In this document: piece by piece, positions 16,065-23,957 of the stretch | How the letters are laid out: each line of letters begins with the position of its first letter | Numbering within the stretch: position 1 is the stretch's first letter | NCBI GenBank assembly: GCA_014377395.1 | Contig: JACMPS010000391.1 | Coordinates: 1-31,151 of the forward strand | Length of the DNA: 31,151 nucleotides | From: Chthonomonadaceae bacterium | GTDB taxonomy: Bacteria > Armatimonadota > Chthonomonadetes > Chthonomonadales > Chthonomonadaceae | Direction of reading: 5' to 3' | The notes under the pieces: generated by a model | The model's input: only the letters and a program-made list of their open reading frames with translations | Database searches by the model: none | What the model was told of the DNA's origin: nothing | Made by a program: the position numbers and the translations under genes

Positions 16065-18173
16065 ATGTCATTAACACTCAATCAACCCACACAAACGAGC
16101 GATAACAACGCTCCACAGTCACCGAAAAAACAATCAAAGCCGCTTCTCGATCCGGCGATTGTCAAACGCGCCATCAAGGAGTCGTTTATCAAACTCGACC
16201 CGCGAGTCGTGGCAAAAAACCCGGTTATGTTCGTCGTTCTTGTCGGCTCGGTGATGACGACTTACTACTTTATCAAGGCACTGATCGGGCATGAGGGCAA
16301 CGCGCTCTTTGTCGGGCAGGTCTCAATCTGGCTCTGGTTCACCGTTATTTTCGCCAATTTCGCAGAAGCAATGGCGGAAGGACGCGGCAAGGCGCAAGCC
16401 GACTCGCTCCGCAAGGCGAAAACGCAAACCGTCGCCCGGAAACTCGTCAACGGGAAAGAGCAACAGGTTCCCGCGCCTGACTTACGCAAAGGCGACCTCG
16501 TGGTTTGCGAAGTCGGCGACGTAATCCCAAGCGACGGCGAAATCATCGAAGGAATCGCCAGCGTGGACGAATCGGCGATTACCGGGGAGTCAGCACCCGT
16601 CATTCGTGAGAGCGGCGGAGACCGAAGTTCTGTCACAGGCGGCACGAAAGTTCTCTCGGATCGAATCGTGATCCAGATTGCGACCAATCCCGGCGAAAGT
16701 TTTATTGATCGCATGATCGCACTCGTCGAGGGCGCACAACGCCAGAAGACGCCCAACGAAATCGCGCTTTCGATCTTGCTTTCCGGGCTGACGCTTATCT
16801 TTCTGCTTGCCGTTGTGACGCTCTATCCATATGCAGTTTATTCCGTTCGCGCCGCCGGATCGGGCGCACCGCCGAGCATTACGGCATTGATCGCACTTAT
16901 GGTGTGCCTCATTCCTACGACGATTGGCGGACTGCTTTCGGCGATTGGCATTGCGGGCATGGACAGGGTCATGCAACACAATGTTCTCGCCATGTCGGGC
17001 AAAGCGGTAGAGGCGGCGGGTGATGTCAATACCCTTCTCCTCGACAAAACAGGAACGATCACGCTTGGCAACCGACAAGCGACGGAATTTCGCCCGCTTC
17101 CCGGCGTCAATATCGAAGAACTCGCCAATGCCGCGCAACTGTCTTCCCTCTCCGACGAGACCCCGGAAGGGCGTAGCATTGTCATTCTCGCGAAAGAGAA
17201 ATATGGTTTGCGAGGGCGCGAACTCACCGAAGCCGATGCGGAGTTCGTGCCGTTCACTGCACAAACTCGTATGAGCGGCGTCAATGTGGACGGGGTGCAG
17301 GTGCGAAAAGGCGCGGGTGACAATGTAAAACGGTGGGTGGAAGAGCAGGGCGGGCGTATCCCTGCCGAACTCGACCCGATTGTGGAGAGCATTGCAAAAG
17401 TCGGGGGAACTCCGCTTGTCGTCGCGCTCAACAATCAGGTACTCGGCGTCATCTATCTCAAAGACGTCGTAAAAGGCGGGATGCGAGAGCGTTTCGACCA
17501 ACTGCGGGCAATGGGAATCAAGACCGTAATGATTACCGGAGACAACCCTCTCACGGCAAAATCCATTGCGGAAGAGGCGGGCGTAGACGATTTTCTGGCA
17601 CAGGCGACGCCGGAAAACAAAATGGATTTGATTAAAAAGGAGCAGGCGGGCGGGAAACTTGTCGCGATGACCGGAGACGGGACAAATGACGCCCCGGCAC
17701 TCGCGCAAGCGGATGTGGGCGTGGCAATGAACACGGGAACCCAAGCCGCAAAAGAAGCAGGGAACATGATTGACCTCGACTCCAACCCTACCAAGTTGAT
17801 CGAAGTCGTCGAAATTGGCAAGCAACTCCTGATGACTCGCGGAGCGTTGACTACGTTCAGCATCGCTAACGACGTTGCCAAATACTTTGCGATTATCCCT
17901 GCTATGTTCGTCGTCACCTACCCGGAGTTGAACAAACTCAACCTTATGGGCTTGACGAACTCGAACTCAGCGATCCTTGCGGCGGTCATTTTCAATGCCC
18001 TTGTGATCATTGCCTTGATCCCGCTGGCACTGAGAGGGGTCGCGTATCGCCCGATGAATGCCGGGGCGATCCTGCGCCGCAACCTGCTCATCTACGGACT
18101 GGGTGGCGTGCTGATCCCGTTTCCCGCGATCTGGCTCTTAGATAGAATTCTGGTGACGTTGCATCTGGCGTAA
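16065..18173 (+). CDS. kdpB: K+-transporting P-type ATPase subunit B
   Basis: 'TGES', '[11 protein letters not shown]', 'DKTGT', '[18 protein letters not shown]'. Confidence 0.99.
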   Translation: MSLTLNQPTQTSDNNAPQSPKKQSKPLLDPAIVKRAIKESFIKLDPRVVAKNPVMFVVLVGSVMTTYYFIKALIGHEGNALFVGQVSIWLWFTVIFANFAEAMAEGRGKAQADSLRKAKTQTVARKLVNGKEQQVPAPDLRKGDLVVCEVGDVIPSDGEIIEGIASVDESAITGESAPVIRESGGDRSSVTGGTKVLSDRIVIQIATNPGESFIDRMIALVEGAQRQKTPNEIALSILLSGLTLIFLLAVVTLYPYAVYSVRAAGSGAPPSITALIALMVCLIPTTIGGLLSAIGIAGMDRVMQHNVLAMSGKAVEAAGDVNTLLLDKTGTITLGNRQATEFRPLPGVNIEELANAAQLSSLSDETPEGRSIVILAKEKYGLRGRELTEADAEFVPFTAQTRMSGVNVDGVQVRKGAGDNVKRWVEEQGGRIPAELDPIVESIAKVGGTPLVVALNNQVLGVIYLKDVVKGGMRERFDQLRAMGIKTVMITGDNPLTAKSIAEEAGVDDFLAQATPENKMDLIKKEQAGGKLVAMTGDGTNDAPALAQADVGVAMNTGTQAAKEAGNMIDLDSNPTKLIEVVEIGKQLLMTRGALTTFSIANDVAKYFAIIPAMFVVTYPELNKLNLMGLTNSNSAILAAVIFNALVIIALIPLALRGVAYRPMNAGAILRRNLLIYGLGGVLIPFPAIWLLDRILVTLHLA

Positions 18174-18263
18174 GAGTATTGAGTGTCAAATATTAAGTGT
18201 TGAGAATGAACGAGTGAGTGTTGCAATGAGCGAAGTGGCTTAACACTTGACACTCAACACTTA
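18174..18263. repeat. Inverted heptamer array (YRAGTGT-like) between kdpB and kdpC
   Basis: Left arm gagtattgagtgtcaaatattaagtgttgag. Right arm ttaacacttgacactcaacacttaa. Confidence 0.65.
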
Positions 18264-18284
18264 ATCCTTTGAGGAGATTTTAGA

Positions 18285-18902
18285 ATGTTAAGAGAATTGA
18301 AACCTGCGATTTTGTTAGTTCTGGTGTTTGTTGTCCTCACGGGGATTGCGTTTCCGCTCGTGATGACAGGCGTGTCGAAAGCCATCTTTCCGTCACAAGC
18401 AAACGGTAGTCTGATCGAAAAAGACGGCAAGGTGATCGGCTCTTCGCTGATCGGACAGAATTTCGCCGACCCGAAGTATTTTCACCCGCGCCCCTCCAGT
18501 GCGGGAAGCGGCTATGATGCGGCAAACTCAAGCGGAACGAATTTAGGACCGACTTCCGGTAAACTCATTGACGGAATTCATAAGAAAACTGCCGACGGAA
18601 AAGACGACCCCGGCAACTTCGACGGTCTTGTTGATCTTGCCGCCGCGTATCGTAAGGAAAACGGCTTAGCCGAAAACACGCCCGTTCCCGCCGATGCCGT
18701 CACGCGCTCAGGCTCCGGTCTCGACCCGGAAATCTCTCCTGCCAACGCAGAATTGCAGGTGGCGCGTGTGGCAAAAGCACGAAGCCTAAGCGTAGACGCC
18801 GTGAAGAAACTCGTCACTGAGAACACGGCGGGACGTACCCTGGGCGTTCTCGGCGAACCCCGCGTGAACGTGCTGAAACTTAATCTGGCTCTGGACAAGT
18901 AA
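18285..18902 (+). CDS. kdpC: K+-transporting ATPase subunit C
   Basis: 'FPSQANGSL', 'YFHPRPS', 'DAVTRSGSGLDPEIS', 'EPRVNVLKLNLALD'. Confidence 0.98.
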   Translation: MLRELKPAILLVLVFVVLTGIAFPLVMTGVSKAIFPSQANGSLIEKDGKVIGSSLIGQNFADPKYFHPRPSSAGSGYDAANSSGTNLGPTSGKLIDGIHKKTADGKDDPGNFDGLVDLAAAYRKENGLAENTPVPADAVTRSGSGLDPEISPANAELQVARVAKARSLSVDAVKKLVTENTAGRTLGVLGEPRVNVLKLNLALDK

Positions 18903-18995
18903 CCTAACCCCCCCCCGCCCCCTTCCCTGTGAGCGTAGCGAACGTATAAGGGCGGAAACCGAAGGTTTGATGGATGGAGGGGCGGGGGGTTAGGT
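18902..18995. repeat. C-run/G-run inverted repeat (family C) between kdpC and kdpD
   Basis: acctaa-c9-g-cccc ... ggggc-g6-ttaggt. Confidence 0.65.
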
Positions 18996-19010
18996 CAAAA
19001 GGGAGTTCCC

Positions 19011-20150
19011 ATGCCTGAAACAAATAAGCCGACGCCGGAAGAGTTGCTGGCGCGGGTCAACAAAGCCGAACGACGTGAGAACCGGGGAAGACTGAAAGTC
19101 TTTCTCGGTTTTGCGGCGGGTGTCGGTAAAACTTTCGAGATGCTGAATGAAGCGAGCCGCCGCAAACAACGCGGGCAGGATGTGGTGATTGGTTGGGTGG
19201 TGACGCACGGACGTAAAGGCACGGAGTCGCAACTCGGTGATCTGGAAGTCGTGCCACGCAAACAGGTGGAGTATCGCGGTACGGTTTTCGAGGAAATGGA
19301 CACCGAGGCGATCTTAGCGAGAAAGCCGATGTGGGTGATCGTAGACGAACTCGCGCACACGAATGTGCCGGGTTCCATTCGCGGAAAGCGGTGGCAGGAC
19401 ATCGAACTCTTGCTCGATGCAAAAATCAACGTTCTGACTACGATGAACGTTCAACACCTTGAAAGCCTCAACGATACGATTGCCGATATTACTGGGGTAC
19501 GTGTGCGAGAAACTGTCCCGGATCACATTCTTACCGAAGCCGAAGAGGTGAAAATGGTGGACATCACTGCCCGTGCCCTCATTCATCGCCTTGAGCGAGG
19601 CGACATTTACGCCGCCGACAAAGTGCCTTCCGCCCTTGAAAACTGGTTTCGGGAAGGCAACCTGAACGCTTTGCGCGAGATCGCCCTGCGGGAAATCGCA
19701 CAGGAGGTAGACAGTGACGTTTCGGAGTATCGCAAAGACAAACACATCACGGAAAATTGGGCGACGCACGACAGAATTCTCGTTTGTATCTCGCCGTCTC
19801 GCTCATCGCTTCGATTGCTGAGACGCGGCTGGCGAATTTCACAGCGACTGAAGGGCGAAATCGTGGCACTCTATGTGCAGGACAAACCCTGCACGGAAGC
19901 GCACAAAGCAATCCTGGAAAAAGATTTCGCAATGGCGTCGCAACTGCATATTCCGCTTGTCAAAGTCGAGGGGAACGTGGCGGATGAAATTATTCGGTAT
20001 GCACGAGAAAACCGCATCACGGAAATCGTCATCGGTCACTCAAAGCGCAGTTCTTTGCAGGAGTTTGTACGAGGCTCGATCATTAACGCTCTGACGAAAA
20101 ATTTGCGTGATGTGGATATTTTGCTCGTTGCGGGTGAAGAAGAGAATTGA
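19011..20150 (+). CDS. kdpD: KdpD N-terminal sensor + Usp domain only (no TM, no histidine kinase)
   Basis: 'GRLKVFLGFAAGVGKTFEML', 'VDELAHTN', 'NVQHLESLN', 'FREGNLNALRE', then a Usp domain and stop at 379 aa. Confidence 0.92.
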   Translation: MPETNKPTPEELLARVNKAERRENRGRLKVFLGFAAGVGKTFEMLNEASRRKQRGQDVVIGWVVTHGRKGTESQLGDLEVVPRKQVEYRGTVFEEMDTEAILARKPMWVIVDELAHTNVPGSIRGKRWQDIELLLDAKINVLTTMNVQHLESLNDTIADITGVRVRETVPDHILTEAEEVKMVDITARALIHRLERGDIYAADKVPSALENWFREGNLNALREIALREIAQEVDSDVSEYRKDKHITENWATHDRILVCISPSRSSLRLLRRGWRISQRLKGEIVALYVQDKPCTEAHKAILEKDFAMASQLHIPLVKVEGNVADEIIRYARENRITEIVIGHSKRSSLQEFVRGSIINALTKNLRDVDILLVAGEEEN

Positions 20151-20232
20151 TGTGTGTAAAATTTGATAGGATTGAATAAGATCGAAGTCGGAAAGAGAAA
20201 TTGCTCTCTTGTCCCTCGCAGAAAGCCCCGAC

Positions 20233-20910
20233 ATGAAATTGCGCTTTGTGGCTCCCCTCAGTTTTGTTTTGCTCTTTTCCCTGTCTTCGTGTCTCTCGGC
20301 GCAGGAAGTGGACTCGCAACTCTGGACACAATATCTCATCACCGGTAAATGGAAAAACGGCTTGCGAATTCTAGCCGAAGTACAACCGCGTTTCGGAAAG
20401 AATTATGGACGCACGTCCCGGTTTTTGTTGCGGGGTGCCGTCGGTTATCAAGTCAGCCCGGAGTTTTCGGTGTGGGTGGGTCACGCCTGGACACCGACGT
20501 TTACGCCTGAGTTCAATTCCGAGGACAGGTGGTATCAACTTTTGCTATGGGAAAGCCATTTTCCCGGCTTCGATCTCATCAACCGGTTGCGACTTGAGGA
20601 GCGTTCAATTTCAGGAGCGGGAGGTACGTCCTTTCGAGGCACCTACCGCCTTAGAGTTGAGAAGCCACTCGACAAAAAGAAGCGTCTATCGGGCATTCTC
20701 TACGATGAATTCTTGTGGAACCTGAACTCGACGCCACGCGGAGCCGTCATGGGCTTTGATCAAAACCGAACCTTTTTCGGACTTGGCTACAAACTTACGG
20801 GTCACACCAAAATGGAGGCAGGCTACCTTGTAAATTTCACCGATGTACCCAGCCCTCGACGAGACCAACGCGCCGACATTCTGTTCTTGTCCCTCAATTA
20901 TAACCTGTGA
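20233..20910 (+). CDS. DUF2490-like outer-membrane beta-barrel protein
   Basis: Signal peptide, 'E.QPRF', 'RLRLEER', 'YDEFLWNLN', 'FDQNRTFFGLGY', and C-terminal 'LSLNYNL'. Confidence 0.75.
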   Translation: MKLRFVAPLSFVLLFSLSSCLSAQEVDSQLWTQYLITGKWKNGLRILAEVQPRFGKNYGRTSRFLLRGAVGYQVSPEFSVWVGHAWTPTFTPEFNSEDRWYQLLLWESHFPGFDLINRLRLEERSISGAGGTSFRGTYRLRVEKPLDKKKRLSGILYDEFLWNLNSTPRGAVMGFDQNRTFFGLGYKLTGHTKMEAGYLVNFTDVPSPRRDQRADILFLSLNYNL

Positions 20911-20973
20911 AGTGGATGTTGAGGTGAACGGCTTTTTTCCTTCCTTAGAGCGAGGCGAATATTTACCTCTTGC

Positions 20974-21038
20974 CGCAGGAATAAATTCCGCGCCAGGAGG
21001 CGTACCGCCCCTGAATTGGCTAAAACTCGGACACACCA
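20974..21038 (+). repeat. REP-like element, family A (interrupted copy)
   Basis: cgcaggaataaattccgcgc ... gcccc ... cggacacacca. Confidence 0.65.
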
Positions 21039-21087
21039 CTCTTCAGGTTCCGCCTTGTACAAGAAATCATCGTCGTATTTTGCATTG

Positions 21088-21139
21088 AGTCCACGGAGGT
21101 GGACTTTGCGCTTTTGTAGCCGGGGAATGAATTCCCCGG
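21088..21139 (+). repeat. REP-like element, family B (full unit)
   Basis: agtccacggaggtggactttgcg-ctttt-gtagccggggaatgaattccccgg. Confidence 0.85.
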
Positions 21140-21246
21140 ACTCACGTATGAAAAACGAATTCCAACCCCTCCGCATCTCTCCTCTTCCGCAAAGAGAAAA
21201 AATTGCTATGCCTACTCTTTCCTTCGCAGCACTTAACACTTTCCTT

Positions 21247-23082
21247 TCACTTCGCTTCCAGATCAATGCGGTCCCCAGCGACAAGATGAAGCGGCGTGTC
21301 GAACGTCACGCGGATTTTGTTGTCGGGTAGAGGCGTGACATGGACGCCGAGTGCGGATTGACGGAGACGGGCGTAAATGGTTGAGGGAGCATTGCCGACA
21401 CGAGGCGGCGACGGCAATACGAGCGAAGAAAGGGTAAGGTCGGGGGCGGCGGACGGGCGTTTCGACTTTTTCCCTTCCTCGAACTGAACGGCAAAGGTGC
21501 GATCAAGGCGGAACGAAAGCGAGTAGCCACGCGCACGAGGAACAAAGTCGCCGTAAGCCCAGAACCCCGGTGCGAAAATGGGAGCGCGAAGACTACGCCA
21601 AGTTCCAGGAAGGCGGGGGGTCAGCGTAATTTCGTTTTGCTGGTGTTGAAACCCCCACAAAGCAGGCAAAATTTGCAGGACGGAGAGGCGCGACAGAGTT
21701 TTATCTTCGGTACTGCGGCTTGTCTCGTTTCGTTCGAGCAGAGAAAGGGCAAGATCGGGCTTGTCGTTTTCAAGCAAGGAAAGCGGTTCGCTGAGGTCGT
21801 TTCTCCTTAGATTCTGTCCCTCTAACTGCGTCGAAAGTAAAGTCGGGAAAAGCGCATCAAGGGAGAGCAAAGCGGGTCTACTTTGGGCGGGTGTTGCTAT
21901 CTGTTCGCCGTTCATCAGAACCAGGTAAGGTGTCTCTGTTCCCCGAATAACACTCGTGTTGAGCGGCGTCAGGCTGTTGATCAGTGCTTCCTCCAACCAC
22001 AGGGGAAGGTTGGAGTTGGAGATTCGGCTTTGCCATTCCTCGGTAAGCGCAGTCAGGGAAAGCCGCTGATTCAGGAGTTCACGCGCCGAGAGAAGGGCAC
22101 TCGGAAAGATTTCGGCGGGAGTGGGTACAAAGGCTTCGCTGATGTCTTTTCTTGCAGGGCGAGACAGATTCCAGGCGACGGAAAAAGGAATCTCGATCCG
22201 TTCACGCGGTTTTAGGTTCAAGCGCACCGCGAAAACCGAGGACCGAGCCTCAGGAGTGATGCGTATCGTCTTTGCGTTGCCCTGTCCCTCCACCGAAACT
22301 CTGCCCTCTTTTGCAAACTCGCTCCACCATTGGGGCGATTTGTTGGCGGTATTCGTGGCGGTTTGCGTGAACAGTGCGTCGCCGCGTGGCGGTTGCACCT
22401 GCACCACCAGTTCACTCTTTCCTGTTCCCACAAACCGCCCCCCGAAGTTTCCCTCGGCGGCAGGAACGGAAACAAAAACGACTCCCCCCTCTCCCCGTGA
22501 TCTCCCCAGTAAATTCTCCACCGACAGGGCAGCACTGACTTCAATCGGTTCGTTGGTTTCGTTTTTCAGTTGGAAGGTTATCAAGAAACCGGGAAAAGAC
22601 GAGTTTCGCACATCATACGGAATCAACGGTGAAAACGCCGAAAGGGTGACGGAAACGGGACGCGCCGGATCAGGATATGAGAGCAAAGCAAAAGGGAAAC
22701 GTGCCTTAAAAGTAGGCGCACTCACTGAAAGCGGTAGGTCGAATACCCCTGTCGAAGCGAGAACTTCGGCGGTCGTGCGGAGAGCAGTGCGCGTCCAGAG
22801 TGCCGCAAAAAACCCCGACATTTCCTCTAAAGGCGCACGCTCTGCGCCGGAAATCGCAACGACTCGAAAGCGTCCGTCCGCCTCAATCTGCACACTTCCC
22901 GCCCCAATGCCACCGAGCGGAACCCCCACAGTTTGTGCGTCAGAAGTTAAAGGTAGTCCACATAGCAAAATGGAACAGCACAAATAGAAAGACGAAATTT
23001 GGTGACTATTTCTCCCTGCGCACCTCTTCGATTTTGTTCTGTCTTTGAATAGTTCGTTAATGGATTGAAACTTTGTGTTCAT
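21247..23082 (-). CDS. GH116 (GBA2-like) N-terminal-domain protein with a shortened catalytic region
   Basis: 'GVPLGGIGAGSV', 'FPFA', 'AFSPLIPYDVRNSSFPG', 'LPLWLEEALIN'. ATG 23082 overlaps the GNAT stop (ATGA). Confidence 0.7.
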   Translation of the reverse strand: MNTKFQSINELFKDRTKSKRCAGRNSHQISSFYLCCSILLCGLPLTSDAQTVGVPLGGIGAGSVQIEADGRFRVVAISGAERAPLEEMSGFFAALWTRTALRTTAEVLASTGVFDLPLSVSAPTFKARFPFALLSYPDPARPVSVTLSAFSPLIPYDVRNSSFPGFLITFQLKNETNEPIEVSAALSVENLLGRSRGEGGVVFVSVPAAEGNFGGRFVGTGKSELVVQVQPPRGDALFTQTATNTANKSPQWWSEFAKEGRVSVEGQGNAKTIRITPEARSSVFAVRLNLKPRERIEIPFSVAWNLSRPARKDISEAFVPTPAEIFPSALLSARELLNQRLSLTALTEEWQSRISNSNLPLWLEEALINSLTPLNTSVIRGTETPYLVLMNGEQIATPAQSRPALLSLDALFPTLLSTQLEGQNLRRNDLSEPLSLLENDKPDLALSLLERNETSRSTEDKTLSRLSVLQILPALWGFQHQQNEITLTPRLPGTWRSLRAPIFAPGFWAYGDFVPRARGYSLSFRLDRTFAVQFEEGKKSKRPSAAPDLTLSSLVLPSPPRVGNAPSTIYARLRQSALGVHVTPLPDNKIRVTFDTPLHLVAGDRIDLEAK

Positions 23083-23957
23083 GGGGTGTGCCTTCGGGGA
23101 GGATTGACGACTCGGAAAAACATTACTGACCACTCGTCGCGTTTTACAAAGCCGAGTTTGCTGTAGACGCGCCCCGCTATCGGGTTTTCGTAGTAGAGGC
23201 AGGGCATTTTGCCGTCACGTTGCAGGTCATAACAAAGGGCGGAGGTCACGGCTTCCGCGTAGCCTCTTCCACGCATGACGGGCATTGTGTAGACGCCACC
23301 GATGACACCCGCCTCAGTGCCTTCTACGTTGGTGAGAGCGCACGAGACGATTTGCGTCATTCCTGAACGGACATCGTAGCGTTCGGCGATAAACACGCGG
23401 TCATTGGTGAGTTTTGCGTGAATGTTGGTGCGGTTTCGGTACATTTCCCCGGCGTTCGTGTAGAGTAGAGCAAGGGCGTCAAGGTCTTTCAGAGAGGCAC
23501 GACGAGCGCGATTCAAGAGTTCCAAACTCGTGGAAACCGGGTCTTCGAGTTGCAAAAAGTGGCTTGCGTCCTGCTGGCTGGGAGCATAGCGGCATAGCTG
23601 TTCCCCTATGGCTCCCACAAGGGGCGCAAAGCCTCTCATTCCTGCAAGACCTCGCTCGTTATCTACGGTGAGTGCGAAAAGCGCGGCACTGCGCCCGTCC
23701 TCATCCACCGCGACAATTGTGTTCCCAAAGCGCGTCATAATCCCACAAAGCGTTTTGCCGTCCTCAGCAAAGGTTCCCCAATTCTGTACTTTTTCGCTGT
23801 CGAATCCATAGGTTTCTTCATTCATCCGCACCGTAATGTATCGCACGGGATTACTTAGGTACAGAAGGTCAAACGCTTCTCTGTCTCGTCCATCCAGGGG
23901 ACGAACGGAAACGGGGCGAAGGCGATTAACGGAAATTGTCTGAGTGGAAGAGAGCAT
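23079..23957 (-). CDS. GNAT-family N-acetyltransferase
   Basis: 'GGVYTMPVMRGRGYA' acetyl-CoA motif and 'YSKLGF'. TAATG overlap with the upstream gene. Confidence 0.85.
   Translation of the reverse strand: MLSSTQTISVNRLRPVSVRPLDGRDREAFDLLYLSNPVRYITVRMNEETYGFDSEKVQNWGTFAEDGKTLCGIMTRFGNTIVAVDEDGRSAALFALTVDNERGLAGMRGFAPLVGAIGEQLCRYAPSQQDASHFLQLEDPVSTSLELLNRARRASLKDLDALALLYTNAGEMYRNRTNIHAKLTNDRVFIAERYDVRSGMTQIVSCALTNVEGTEAGVIGGVYTMPVMRGRGYAEAVTSALCYDLQRDGKMPCLYYENPIAGRVYSKLGFVKRDEWSVMFFRVVNPPRRHTP

Noticed and set aside
16590-17825. 411-aa antisense ORF
   Set aside because: Shadow of kdpB on the opposite strand, with no recognisable motifs.
5126-21139. CRISPR array interpretation of the palindromic repeats
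   Set aside because: Copies are dispersed or inverted, not tandem with regular spacers, and no cas genes are present.
22121-22987. 288-aa plus-strand ORF
   Set aside because: Antisense shadow of the GH116-like gene, with low-complexity translation.
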